This document shows positions 1 through 14,646 of a DNA stretch of 64,000 nt, piece by piece. Both the position numbers and the translations under genes were made by a program. The DNA is from Balanoglossus misakiensis (Eukaryota > Animalia > Hemichordata): the NCBI GenBank assembly GCA_040954595.2, contig CM082581.2, positions 8,541,413-8,605,412 of the forward strand. The letters run 5' to 3'. The notes under the pieces were generated by a model, which had not been told where the DNA came from, ran no database searches, and was given only the letters and a program-made list of their open reading frames with translations. Every line of letters starts with the position of its first letter. The first letter of the stretch is position 1.

Positions 1-3000
1 AGCGTCACTAATTGGGTTGGGGTAACTGTGCGCCAGTTACAAAGTTCTTATATGCTTAGTGCTTTCGATGTTTATCTAAAAAAAAAACTTCGAAAGTTGC
101 CGTTGCGTTACTGAACACGTTTGACGGCGTATCTGGTTCGTCACTCACGTGGAAAAAGAAACCCAAGTGGAAGAAAATCTCTTGGAATATTCAATCGCCG
201 AGCTCAAAATGCTCACGGCTCATGCGCATCAATTCACCCATATAAAATTTGGAATAACGAGAGCGGAATGATATTATCTGAAAACTCAAACTGATCGTTG
301 AGATTTCGGGAGAAACATATCTCAGGTGGCCATGCATGCAGCAGCCTGCACCATTTTTTGAATATATACGTAGTATTTCTTATCACACAACCACAAAATG
401 CCACGAAGTATAATTTTGGACAATCACGCTGTTATCTTGAGAGTTTTCTCCCCCACTAACACATGTTTCCTCGTAAACTGAGTACCAGAATAGACAAACT
501 GAATTATTCAAAATGCGAAATTTGATAAAGATCACCATTTAATGCGCATCGCACCTGAAATGGGTTTTGAAGTTTTCTAAGCAGTAGCTGCGGTTAAGGT
601 AGAAGTAGGTATTATCGATACCGCGTCGAAGACGGCCATTTCGAAGTGTTTGTCAGTCCTTTTTCAACAACATCAAAAAATCGATTTTGTTCCGTACTGC
701 GCGGTAAAACATTTTACCTGGTTTGGAGATTAAAGCATGAGTATGACGTCATCGACTCTGCAAGAAGAGAAAACCGACAAAGATTCGCCTACACGGAATC
801 AGCAGATTGTAGATTAAAGTTCAGACGACGAGCTCGCTGCATGATTGTGTTCTCGGTATTACGTGAGATTGGAGTGTGCTCAAACGGGGGTGCCTTGTAA
901 ATTACTGGTGCCATAAGTTCTCGGTAATGACAATTTTTCTGACGTCATGTCGGCATTCGTCCCAGTTACAGGAGTTTGTACTTTTAGGCGCTGTTTGTTG
1001 TCTGAAGGGAACACGGGGACTTTTTCTCTTCCCGTCACCGGCTTGTTCCTTGCGCATGCTCACTGAGTGGCAAGACACAACGTTATAACGTGAAACCTAA
1101 ACCACGGATTTTCATACGTATACTGACATGCAACTTGATATCGACGTGGGTCAGATCTTTCAAACCTGAAATCTACACCTAGAAAACGCTTTCAGTGCGT
1201 CTCCATGGATCCTGCACATTAGCACGCTACTAGCTACATCAAAGTATCACTTGTCGAAGTGATATTTGCATAATAAATCAAACACGCTGGCAGTAGAATT
1301 TCACTTACGCATATTTACATTCGGGGCTATAACGTCATAACCCCAAGGCACAAATGATATTTACCAAACTGTTGTATATATAGGGTTGGGGATTGTAGAG
1401 GTTGTGGTCAAACTCTATTTGGAATATCTTTCCCTTCGCACTAAGACTAAGTCATGTAGATTTTCTGCGTAGAACAACCCTTATTGTATATTTAAGAAAC
1501 CACTTTATGCCAGTTTGTGAAATAATGAACTAAACCTCAACTTGTCATGGTAACTGTGGTTACACAGGTGACCGTATACCTTTAAGAATGAAAGATATTT
1601 TCTACCTTTCTAATGCGAACCAACATTATGCAAACACATGATTCATGCGCCCAGAATAGTGCCAGGATACCTAAATGCCTGATCAATTCTTCAGAGCAGC
1701 GAAGTTGTCATTCCTCAGGTTTTCGCGTTTGTTATTTCTCATGAGATGCTATTAATGGTTTTGCCTGTCGGAACGTGTTGAATTATTTGCATTCATCGGA
1801 GGCATGTGTTCTATCACCCTGAGTCTGATGGTAATATCTGAACACAATCCAATTGCTTCTTGTTATATGTTAATTTTGAATTTTTTCATTCTTTGTTTTG
1901 AAGGGATATGAAGGTGTAGGTCGAGCTGTGAAATTACAATTTTACTCACTCCATCAATTATTCAGTAATGACCGCGCTGTTATTGCTATCTACAATCGAG
2001 TATATATCTGTATACACGATTATCCGTCTCCGTAAGGCACGACTGCATACATAATTACAAATAGCCGCTTTGTCTGCATCGGTTGATTTCTCCCGAGGAA
2101 AAAACGAGCTCGATCACTTAAATTATTTGAAATTTGAGCAAATTCTGAAGAGGTACAGTGAAAAGATGACGTTCTTGATCCGTGTAATAGGTGATAGGAT
2201 CCTATATTTCGTTATTTTAATATTTTTATGATGTCTCCAAGGCGGGTGATTATGAACGACGTGCTTTCGGTATTAACCAACCTTTGACTGTGTCTTATAA
2301 ATTGTTGAATGGATGCATGGGTTGTACATTCCCCACGCGTCGTGTACGAGCATTATCCCCAGATCAGGTTTGTACACATTCACGCGCTCTCTTGGTTTCT
2401 CTTCATCAATTTAACAGACTGTATCAAATCTCTAAACGAAAACCTCTTCTAGAGTTTCAGGTCGACGACACCCATTGAAAGTGGTCGTAATAAATGTATA
2501 AAGTTGCCGTTTCCCCCATTTGTTCATTATCACGTGTCAGCCATTATAGGGCCCCGGTCGCAGCGATGGCGATGGCTCGTAAATACTTTATTGACTATAA
2601 CCCACCTCTGTTTTCGTTGCCAATCCGGTATCTATACACTGTAAAATATTATGGATCTTCATGTTGCAGACATCACGACTCCGCTCGGTGTCCGCGTGCT
2701 TAGCTTCAAAGGGGGGGGGGGGTCAGGCTATTGGAAGGCAATCCTACAAAATGACACACGACTCGGAAACAGACACGCACACACATGACTAACAATACTT
2801 TCAATAACTATTGCCCTTTTAGAAGAATTTTTGCAATATACATTTAATCTACCTATGATTTTTTCCTTTTCATTGGGAAAATTTGGTGCCGAGATTCATG
2901 CATGAGACAGTAATTCGCGGAGACTGGGAAGCGAAAGACAATTTATTTTTCAATTCAATGTAGACATAAACGACATTGAAATGGACCGTGCACGTTCAAC

Positions 3001-3660
3001 TTCAATTCATCGAAAATCATTTCCCGTAAAATGATCACAACTTTTTTTTCCACGAACACAACTCCGATTACAGTATTGTGTGCAATAACGATATAATGAT
3101 CCATTCGCCGTGATCAAAATTACAAAGTGCTGAATAAATGGCAAACCCGAGACGTGTTGACAGAAGAGCTGAATGATCTGGAGAAAAGAAAATGACCGAA
3201 TTATGCATATATGTGCCAGATAAACAGATGACGACGTAACCTTTACTGAGCGGTACACGCGCGCGTAGTAAACCCGCACACGTCTTCGCCAGTGATCTCT
3301 GAGACCTCGTATCAGTACAGTTTGCTTATTCCCAACGCACCACATGCTTTCCATTTTGAACGTGGACTGAATGTGAACCCCCAAGAAAATTCACGGGCAC
3401 GATCAATAAAGCGCCATTCTGGTGCGACAGAAAAACCGATGCGTGTACGGGCATACGTTGAAGACGGACCGGCAACTCGGGTAATTTGTTACTGGCACGG
3501 CATTGTGGCTTGTAAGCGCTCAGAAGCACGTGTCAGCTTTGTTCCCGCCGGATCTCGGCGGTGTGATCGATGATTATTCCTGTCACGGGTGCGGACGGTA
3601 ATGTGTTTGTTATTCCACCATTTAGTCGCCTAAAGAGCAAGATGAATCGACGCGGAAACT

Positions 3661-3922
3661 ATAAGAACCACGATTTGTCGGTAAGAACCACGATTGTTCT
3701 ATAAGAACCACGACTATGCATGAAACTGCCTATCTAAGAACCTTGATGATATGAGACAGCTATAGAGCGGTAATTGTTAATTTTTAATGAGAAATTATCA
3801 TCGCATCGACTAAAATTAAGACTTTATGAGCTAGAACCTTGAAAAAGTTTGACTTTGTACGCTGTATAACGTAAGAACCACGATTTTTCGGTAAGAACCA
3901 CGGCTATGCATGAAACTGCCTA
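3661..3922 (+). repeat. Clustered TAAGAACCACG repeats (20-bp period) within a duplicated ~52-bp block
   Basis: Copies at 3662, 3682, 3702, 3872 and 3892. 3681-3732 closely matches 3871-3922, both ending ctatgcatgaaactgccta. Confidence 0.85.
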
Positions 3923-6900
3923 ATTATGATACCTACATGTAATGAAGACCTTGTTTGCTCAAAGCACACTGGTTACCTTTCGGAGGTAGGAAACGCCGAC
4001 GGTACAAAAAACAACGCTTTCTTCCACGCCGCAAATCTGAAGTGTGACTTGCTTCTCCGGAATAAAATCACACGCAGAGATAACCTTTCGAGATGCGCTG
4101 AGAATGACAATACTCATGTGCGAGAGCTTGTCAAATAAACATCAAGGAAGAAAGTTACTCAGAAGTCAGAGCGGCTTGGAAAAAAATACCCCAAATTTTC
4201 ACAGATCAGCCCTGGGTTCATTTTACTTTCACTTTCAAAACAACTCCACGCAAGCTTTGTATACAGAACACACATTCCCATTTTTCTGATACAATCACCG
4301 AACTTTAAAGTCGCATATGGTTCATAAAATATCCACCGCAATAAAAAATCCAATAATATCAAATTATAAATCGCTGATGAACAAAGCTGGCAATAAACTC
4401 ACCCAGTATATGTTGCAATGACCCCACAGCTGTTGTATGCAAGACTCAACGATTCTGTAATCGAAATTCTTTTTACCTTTTTTTCACATAATAATATGCC
4501 TTTATATTTTGTATAATTTGGAGCAGGTGCAAGACTTGCCTACCGTATTGTATAATATAGCGAAATAAAAAAAACGCGAAACACACACACGCAAGAGAAA
4601 ATGAGGTCAAATAGCGAAAATGTGTAAAGAAAATTTAAAAATAAAAATTAATAACAGAGAAATCAAAGGCAGGTAGAACTGAAACAGGTGAGGGAAGTGT
4701 CACAAAACAGGGTTTAAGACTTGCCCAATAAGTACATAATTGTGTATATTATTTAGAGTTTTGATTGGTATTCAACAAAGAAGGCGGTTCATGACCTTTG
4801 CACAAAACCTTTCCAACTCATTAACGTATTAGTGTGGACAACCCGGAGAGTCAATTTGAACGATTTGTTGTCAGATCTTAATTGAATAGAAGTCAGGACG
4901 TAGACTGAATACCAAATGTTTTGAAGAAAAAAACACGGATGGTGCTACCTGGGTTTCGTGTTTACGTTGCCATGGATACATTCTTCTCCAAAGACTGCGG
5001 CGAAAGGTACCCGAGTGCTCCAATTTCCTGTCGTAGTGACGTTTCGTGTTTACGCGGTGCACTCGAACCGAGTCGATCAGCTGTACAAATGGTGAGATTT
5101 TATGAAATGTTTGTCCTGTGCGGTCGTCGCAATCACCGGCTTGTTTTCCCCACCAAACATAAGTGTGACTCGCCTCGCGGTATTATCTGTTTGGGTGATA
5201 TTTGCGAGTTCATACGTCAATCCGGTCACTGCTCCGAAGAAGATTGGGATCACCGCAATACGCCATGGGTGACGTAAGAGCGAAAAACTGTTGAATTATA
5301 TTTTATTTAACATATATATTCATATTACACATCAGCCGACGAAAATTTAATAATGACGCCATAATGTTTCAGGTTGGGAGATTTCATTCAGTGAGCAGAT
5401 TCCTCTAAATAACTAATAGTATACGTGCAGTATGGAACTGAGCTACAAACGTTGCCTTCTATTTACTTTAAGTACAATATAAAACTCCATTTACGAGGCC
5501 AAGCGCATCAAATGACAAAAAATGAAAGTACTAAATTTTAAGAGCTTGATGAACCGAACAAGACAAAGGTTACGCCTTCTGTCTTGTGAAGAACTTTGTT
5601 TACAAGACACCTTTTACAATTGCAGGAAAGAGCTATAGCCTTTGGTTACATTTGTTTTGATTGACAGTTTCCGCCTAAATTGGCCGGCCATAATTCCATT
5701 TCACACAATTGTCGTGGGTCCGCCGTGTCATATCATCGATATACGTCGAAAGAGAAATCATGAAGGATGAATGAAATCGTGGATTTAATTGTAATTACTT
5801 TATGACGGTGTTATTCTTATCGGGACACGGAGTTTGATAATGTCGATCGTTGAGTGTATTTGCTCAGTCAATCAAGACCAACGATACACCGCTGTAACAA
5901 GCACTGAGACTATTTGCCTAAGAGGGACGCCTTTTTCGCTTTAAACATTTAGATGCAATCTTGCCTTTGTCACATGAACAACCGCGCGTGTACTAAATCG
6001 TTTCGGGGAATAAATGAATGGGTATTAAACAGATGACATTATATAAATGAACTTGACGACAACGCCATTGAAAAACACGTTTGTAATGGAAACCGATATC
6101 GCAAGATATTGCATATAATTCTTTTTACAAACATTTTGGCGAGCGACACCACAGAAAAAATAAAAGTGTGTACCCAGATCTATTACGCTATAGTTGACCA
6201 GTTGGAAATTAATGCAATATTGGAACGATCAAGAAGGGCCGTACGGTGTATCTAATAAAATCGCCGATGGCGTTTTTTCGGGGGGGGGGGGGGTATAAAC
6301 CACGGTCAGAATTACGACAAAATCGTCTGCAAAGCAAACATGGATCAATCGAAATACGGAAAAGGGAACAAAATTGCCCCTTGCAAGTATTTACTGATTG
6401 GAAATAGGATCGGCTAACCTTTAGCAAGCGTGTGTTTGTAATAGACGTAGCAGAAGGATTGGTTGCTCCGGGGCAATTTAAGAACTGAAATCAAACCGAT
6501 TGTCGGCACCAAATTTCGCCCCGAAGTGGTAAACCAGAGACGAAAACCTAAACCCGCAAATGCCTTATTAAAATTCAGTTATTAACCTTGTCCTTTTAAG
6601 GCATATACTTCCACAAACAGAACACACGGATGTCTGACGTCACTGCGCAAATCTTTAAATTTGCATAAATTCAAACCCAGCACTGCCAAGGGTAAATGCT
6701 TCCATCTGGTCTGACATGATGAGGCCCGTGTTCAATACAAAATGAGCAGCGAGTGACAATTATCGATGCATTTGCTTGCAAGTGGGGAACTGGTAAATGA
6801 CATCGCTTTTAACGAAAGTTTATATTCCCTTTTAAGTGATCCATGACAACAGCTCAAATTACCGCACTCTTTCTTGGAACTGGAAGATTCCGCTTGGTGT

Positions 6901-7360
6901 TTGCCATGGCAACGGGTCATGCATTGGTTTGAATATGAACACAACTATCATTCGAATGTATGTGTTGACTACTGCTGACAGGGCTAAGGTATCTATCGCC
7001 TCTTCAAATCCCCAAACGCACTACTTTTTCTTACTTAGGAAATGTTACTGAATTCGGTTTTGAAAATCAGGAGTTGGTTAAGTCCAGACACAAGGGAGCC
7101 ACATTCGAAGGGTTATCAGATTGGCTTGCACTATGTGCAACCGAATTTTCCATTCGCTGATAGAGATATTATCAAAGAGACCGCAGTACGCGCTTGGTTA
7201 GAGTTAGATAAATGCGTTGCCATTCTGTACTGATTGGGTTTCAACTACTATATCTGAGTTGTCATCACTTGTTTTCATGGCAGCCTCTGGATAGCTTGTC
7301 TTCGAATTTCAAATTAAACAGTTTTAATAATTGATTCATTTGGCTTATTTTCTTGGATGA

Positions 7361-7590
7361 GGTATCGCGTAGCTAGCTGGAAAGAGCGACAGTGGCACAA
7401 TCACACTGAGCATCGTGATACCCGGGGGTCAATTCCTATTACCATGACTGTCTTGTTGAGTTCTTGGCAATGCACATTCTCATGCTTCTCCCCCGGGTGT
7501 TATAGATAATTGTGTCTGGCTCTGTGTCTGGATTTGCACCTGTCCCAGTCACCCTATCCTCTGTAGAGGATGCATCAGAATAAATAAATC
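7361..7590 (+). mobile_element. Possible decayed tRNA-derived SINE
   Basis: A-box-like GTAGCTAGCTGG (~7369) and B-box-like GGGTCAATTCC (~7426), followed by a gttgagttcttggcaatgcac core-like segment and an AATAAATAAAT tail at ~7580. Confidence 0.35.
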
Positions 7591-10500
7591 GTAATAGAGC
7601 TAAAATATTTATTTCCTCGCCAAGTATAACGTGTTTCTTTCGATTGTTCCATCTCGAACCTTGCCTGAGTGTTTTCTGACCTCAGCATTTCCTGGGTCAC
7701 CTATCCATGCGTGGGGGTTAATTGTATTTAACCGAATTCACTCACTGATACCGTCGATTAAACCTAAAGGATTCCTGTTTTCGCGGGTTGCATTCGACCG
7801 ATTGGGTTGCAGTCATTCGTGCAAGAGTGATAACTGCACTTGGCAATCAACCTATCGATGGGCATGATAGTGTCCACTGACCTGAAGGTTTTAGTTCTTG
7901 CAGATCACCATCGCCGACCATTCATGACGTCATTCTTTACATTCGACTCAATCAGCTCATTGATATTGCCAATTGACCCAAGAGCTGCGTTCTCCGTAAT
8001 AATACTACTGATTAATCTTTCTGTGGGGCGCCAATAGACCCAATTCGAGCCCGGATGTCGCCGATGATATCCCACTTGTTATTCAACCCAACGAACTCAT
8101 TCATGTTATAGCGCTCAATCAATGTTCTAAATTTGCTAGTTCATTAAAGGGACAGTGGCTTTAACCTTAGGTGATGATTTCGATATTTTGGTTTGTGCAC
8201 AACTACAGTTTCTTGTTTCCACTCGCCAATGCGTGCTTAAATACCGAGTATCCAGCTTGTCAACAACTATATGTATACACGTGCACGTGTAAAGTATATA
8301 CAGGATCCAATTGAGTTCCACGTGCCATACGGACACGAATACGTCAGAATTATTGTCCACGATTCAATCAAATCAACGCAAATACTCCCCGTGGTGTGTT
8401 TGTTTCGTAGAGTGCAACGGGACTGCTACTTCCCCCGATCGTTGTTTGTTGTGGAAACACGGTGCTAATGGACACGTGACGATGACGAGTAATTAAACCA
8501 CTCATTTTTGAAAAGTTTTCTCTTCTTTCAGAGACGAACAGCAAGCTACTCTCGCGCACACGCAGTATTACCCACTGAGGTCCCTATTAAATTCTGAAAG
8601 AGGAGTCTTTATTTTGACACTTAAACTACTAGAAGCGGTGGGAGCTAAGCAAATTGGGAGGCAACTTCACAATTTATTGCTACTGTAACACGCGTGCGAT
8701 TCATTTGCCAAGTACCGTCTGACAAAGGTATGCAGCCGCGATTTCAATGCAGTAAATAACGTTTAAATGTATTACTGAGGAGAATTGAAGAACCGCAGGA
8801 GCATTTTGTCATGGAGCTAGGTGATCTCCAGCTGTTTGATAGTTTTACGGCTTTGCAAACACACAATGCCGGAACCGATATTCATACTGATTGAAATCGT
8901 CAGAATATTCTTGTATTATTATTTTTTTAAATTTCACTTCTTTTCATTTTCGGCTTGTTTGTGCTGTATATAAGTATTATATGAAACTCATCTTTTTTTC
9001 GGTATTTCGTGTACAATGCCATATTGATTATTGATGAAGCGGAATCGTGAAAATTGGCCCAGCAAGAGGCCTGGCTGTAGAAACAACAACAACGGCAATA
9101 ACACATGCTTCATCTGTGGCATATTTTGAAGGACAACCATCGCTCGGCGCGGCGACACGGCGCGGCAGGTGAAGCCCTTGACCTTCATTGACGGACTGCC
9201 ACGCAGCCTTAACCTGGGCAAATGCGACACGACACACTTTAATCGCACTGTGCTACCGCGAAGTGGAGCACATCCGTGTCTAAATCCGGGTCTTTTCCCC
9301 GAAGAACCGACACCGTCGTCGGTGGTTATATTCACCTCGCCACTCCACTGGCTGCCACGATATACTCCTTCACCAAGTGCTCTCCAGAACAACGGACGAG
9401 AAGGGTTTTCTTTTATTGGCTTCACGTGTACCTCATGTGTCTGCCAGATTCTTTCACGGGGAATAATATTTACCACCGGAAGCGACGAGTGCCTGACAGC
9501 AAGCAAAGCGATTTTAAAAACGTATGTTGTTTCGTGGGCATCTTCATTTGACCCTTTTTCACACTGACACGATTTCAATGTTTGATGACGCCCGGAAGAG
9601 TAGGCTCTTTCAGACCTCAACAACGTTGTTTAAGTTCAGGTTGTTCTTAGAAGTCATGCTCGATGGTATTTGTGAACAAAATGGCAGATAATTATCCGTA
9701 TCATGGCAACTGAAGTTGCGACATACATAATGCATCACTGTTTGCCATTTCTTTTAAATCGGAGAGTTAAAGTTTGAATCAGTAATCTCTGGAGTGTGGC
9801 CTTTACAAATTTACTGCCTGACCCAAATTCAGCGATACTGTGGTAGAAATTAAAATTGGCTTCACATTTCATTTGATCTGTGCGGAGATGCTGACATTGA
9901 CAATGTAATCCTGGTGAAAATACCCTACTTACAGCAACCTGCTGTATATTTGATGGCTCGTATAGAACCCCCATTAATGTCTTTCCCATGGGGATTACTG
10001 TCCGAGTTTAGGTGACCCCAGATAAAAAAGCTCGAACTTTGTTGTTGGACAAAATAGCAATACCGCGATAGCTTAGTAGCCGTGACGTGCACACACCATC
10101 TATTCTATTGACACTGTTAGGATTTGAGTTCGATGGTAGTTGTTTAAATTGACTCTGCAAGCGTGATGTTTTCATATAGAGTAACCCTGGCCTTCCTTTC
10201 AGTCTGACGACGGTGTGAAGGTCGGCCATTTTGGGCTGTCTATCATCCAAAACCTTTCCACAACCTTGTCCATTCCTGATTGAAAAGGCAGTCGCAGTTT
10301 CGAAAAAAAGCAGTTAGAGGGACGCATAACAACACGCAACGAAGGGTAAATGTAGTTGTCAGGTGTTGAAAATGCCTAACAAACATAGCCCCATCCCCGC
10401 ACAAAGAACAAAATTACACAAAATGGAAAATTAAAAACGACCCAAACATGACAGCAGTTTAAAACCACACGCGATGACAGAAGACAGGTGTACGTAGATA

Positions 10501-13500
10501 CATGTAGCGTGTCCGGATCACTAATGATGTTCAAATCCTCGATTTGGAGACCCAGAAGTCAAGACTCTGATTTAGCGCGTGTCATGGTCGACTGCTCCGT
10601 AGATGTCGTTAATTTCGAAGTTGCGTGCGCGAAGAATTAATTGTCTTCAGTCCCCGCTGTGTTTAATATCGCTGGCAAACGCCGATCGCCAAACAACCCA
10701 TTATCATTTCGTAACCTTATTCTCCACCATGGTGGCACTAACCATAAGCTATCAATCACGCCGTTAAAGGTTTTGATTGATCGCTTTCAACGAATTATGT
10801 TACGTCGAAAACACCACCTTGTCATTCGAAGACAGAACTATTGAACGACCGGTTTGGATATCATCGCTTGTTTTTCTGAGAATCGGCCACGTTAATCGAA
10901 GTCGCATTGAGAAATCATTTCGGGCCATTTCTTGTGTAAATAGAATGAAAAAATAACTTGTTAATATGTCATATTTACATTCGAACGAGCGTCTGCTATA
11001 ATGTGCTTGACTGGGGCAAAATATACGAGTACTGTACTGTTTTACACGTGCCTCGAGTGGACTTTTTGATTTCATGTCCCATGCATGACAATGCAGACAC
11101 CCGACTGGCAACAACCCCAATGCAAATTATATCACCATAACAGTTGATAATATAAAGTCCCCCAAAACTTTCAGTATCATCACATAGGCTATTGAAATAC
11201 ACGGCACTGCAGTTTAATTTTCCACGCAATTGGCTAAATCATTTTGTCATGACGTGTTATATTTTTTTTTCCAGACGCGGACGCTGTGCGTTGATGAAAT
11301 TACCAACACGCTATTAACTTAATGAAGCGTGGTTTCTTGCAGCGCCGTCTTGAATTCAGCGTTTTAAATATTCAGAAATTCAATTTGATGCGCCTGTGTT
11401 TAATTTTAACAAGTCGGGTCTATCATTCATGCAGTCGATGTCTGCGAATTCTGCAAATGTCACTTTAAAGATGTCGGATTGTGTTGATTAAAAAAAAACT
11501 GAAATACTTTCAACGGCGAAAATGGAGGTACTTTGAGAGGAAGGTCACTAAACCCTCATGTAAATTAGAAGAGAGAAAGTGGCATAATAAGAAATATACA
11601 GAAGTAGCAATATCGTTTTTATAACAAACTGGTCATGTGCATATAGCCTTTCATTTTCACAATAAATTGACTAATGCATCTGAAATCGAATACCTAGCTT
11701 CAAAACGATGTAAATTGACAAATGCGGACCTGTAAATTGTGTTTATGAAAGCTCTATATTCTAGCTGTGCCCCATTCCTATTTCTCCATTTATATTTTCA
11801 AATTGCTCTACAGCTAACTTGATTAAATATTTATTGTAAAATAAGTGTCTTTATATTTCTCTCTTAAAAAGTACTATTGCTAACCTAATCGAGAATTCAT
11901 TGCGCTATTATAGCTTTCGTTATGAATAACTTGTCGGCGAATGAACAAAGTCCAAAATGCGGCATGTTACATCGGTTTACGTTTGCCGAAATGATGTGGG
12001 AGGCTTTCAAATAAAGAGATGCCATTCAGATTTCATGGGTCAACCAACTTCTGTAATGAATTGGAGAAACAAATTTAAATTAAATTTTGTTTGTGACATT
12101 TTACCGTCTCAAAGTTGCTTTGAACTTTTGGTTACCCGCGTACTATCGCTTAATTGGATAAAATAGCGCTGTTTTACAGGAGTTCTGGACGTTGCACTTA
12201 CATGCAGTTTCGGCTGTATATTTTATAATATATAATAGTTTTATTTTTTTCTCAAATATATCATAAATCTGTGGTTTATTTCGTCAAAAATAAGTTTTTA
12301 AAGTAAGATGTATTTATGAAGGTTAAGAAATGTTGGAAAGCAATTAAGGAAAATGAGCTATCAGAAAAAAAAGATTACTTGTTAAAACGGTTTTAACCTT
12401 ATGGAAAGGTCGCCATACCTACCACCAATACATACATGTATTTCAACATGACGTCTTGTTTACTTCATCTCTGTGACCCCCAGCTGTTCGTCCCCCAAAA
12501 AGATACCAAGCCCGCGATTCGCACCTGCGTCGACACTCGAACAAAAGACACAACTCTGTGTAAAGTAAACATCACACACATTGCGTGCTACTTAATATTG
12601 CAAGCCTCATACACAGACCTGGCGAGAACAGTTTTGACGATGAGATGCAGCCGTATATTGGGTAATTGCTATAGATTAGGGTTTATCACCTTTTTTCTCC
12701 CTTATACATTCACCGTGTTAGTTGTATACATTGATGAATCGCCGGCGACATCTTAAACACTGAAACATCAACTGAATCAGCAAGAGTTCGGGAAACCAAT
12801 TTATTATGCAAAACTCATGCCATACCGGCAACTATCAGATGTACAGGTGACACACGCACGGTATACACAGAACGTTTTAATATTCACATCCGGGAGTGAT
12901 ACAAGATTCTTAATCACCAACGATCCCGACAATACACCACTGTATAGTTCTGTAAATTTAGGCCTGAGGCAAACAGTACTGACAATTACAGGTATTTTAT
13001 GATAAAAGGTTTATTCCCAAGAAGGCGGCGTGGCAAAAGATTCTCTGAACCATTTATTCACATTAAGTCACACGAAAGAGACATTGAAATACGAGTCTGT
13101 GTGAGAATTTAACAAAGAGTTTTTTACGATAAATGTTCCTAAAACTTTGCACAGATACATGTACATGCATGAGCTCGAACATCTGTCTGACTAACTCAAT
13201 CTCGTTGTATTCAGTTTTTAATTTGCATATTACAGCCACCGGACTTGCTGGAATTTCAGAGAAAACTGACAGAGCAAAATGACATTCCTTCTATGAAATG
13301 TAATCTCTTCTTTACTGACATAAACAAGCGAAGAACAATATTGGAAACGTGTACTATCGAGCGTTGATAAAATTATTCAATGCTTTTAGGTTACCAAAAC
13401 TGAACAAAACAGGAGCGGTTTATCATGTTTATTCAACGGTAGTACCTAATTAATGAGTGTTTACTTTGAAAATCCCTCAGACAATGAAAAAATATCCCGA

Positions 13501-14226
13501 TATTTTTCTATAGTGTGAAGGAAAAATACGGCAGCCGCAGGTTCATGGATATCTTATTAATATCAATTCCATGAGGCGTTTTCCTTTAAAAACCATGAAT
13601 CGTGATTGGTGATGGTAATGTTCTGCAAAAAGGGATGCGTGTCCGGGAAAGTTTTAGCTTGATCGAATTACGCTTCATCTACCGACCATTTCTGTTGTTT
13701 TTGTTTTGATCGCCGAAGCGAACGTGTTATTCTGTTTGTATGACGCAGTGAAATGGGACAGAGTAAGGCAAACGTTCGTCAGTCACTGGAAGAATATCGT
13801 CTCTAATGCGTAGCTAAGATCTAGCAGAATTCGATAACGTTTAAGTGGGTCTTATTTCCCAAATACGACACGAGCTTAAGAAGTGATGTATCGCAGGAAA
13901 TTGTTTCACTTCATAACGATGGAAAAAAACCCTCGCCATCCCGCCGAGCTAAAATGGTAAATTTCACTTCGAGGGCCATTCAGCACCGCAATGGGTGTCT
14001 TTGCTGAAAGTAAGGGGCTGTAAAATACCTTGTTTGGATTTGATAAATGGTTTCAAAAACTAGAAGGACGTTTCGCGGCATATGGCAACGCTCCTAGAAC
14101 TTTGCTAACGAGCTATAGGCATATTTTCACAAAATGTTCACCACGCAAGCGCTACCATGGCAATGGCAAAATGCGCAATACGTAAGTCAGGGTCAGCAGA
14201 TGATTTAAATTTGGGAAAACACAAAA

Positions 14227-14646
14227 CCGGTGTTGTGCCGAATTCGGCCCCATGCCGAATACGTCCCGCGCATGCTCGGGTCATCAGTAACATGTGTCTG
14301 AAATATTGCATTTTCTTGTGTGAAAGTTTTGCCATCCAACGTGCATGTAAGGCTGTGCATGAATGTACATTGTACTGCACTGTAAACTTGGACATTGCAT
14401 TACCGCAAGGATTTAATTTCATTCCACCAACAAATCAGGGCCATGGGCAGATATTCACCCATTTAGGCCGAAACCATCACTTTTAGCTTTCAATAGTTAA
14501 CATGACTTTAGTTGGGGTCTTAATCGGCAACGGGGCTGAAATCAGCAGCTTTACCTGCCGATCTTATCCCTTAGAAGCCATGGTTTGTTTGTCAAGGCAT
14601 GCGCGGGGACGTATTCGGCATGGGGCCGAATTCGGCACAACACCGG
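14227..14646. mobile_element. MITE / non-autonomous DNA transposon (~420 bp) with ~50-bp terminal inverted repeats
   Basis: 14227-14275 (ccggtgttgtgccgaattcggccccatgccgaatacgtcccgcgcatgc) is the reverse complement of 14597-14646 apart from one indel. AAA flanks both ends (possible 3-bp TSD). No coding capacity. Confidence 0.8.

Noticed and set aside
3661-3922. Possible CRISPR-like repeat-spacer array
   Set aside because: The repeat is only 11 bp with 9-bp related linkers, the context is eukaryotic, and no cas genes are present.
8144-8590. Possible TTAA-flanked (Kolobok/piggyBac-like) MITE: ttaaagggacagtgg ... cccactgaggtccctattaa
   Set aside because: The inverted match is short and gapped and cannot be supported without other copies.
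8988-9623. 211-aa minus-strand ORF and overlapping plus-strand ORFs
   Set aside because: Non-ATG start, no recognisable domain or splice structure. Probably a repeat or chance ORF.
1-14200. Hidden protein-coding gene in the first 14 kb
   Set aside because: I could not find a consistent exon chain or recognisable domain. It looks like repeat-rich intergenic DNA, though small exons cannot be excluded by eye.
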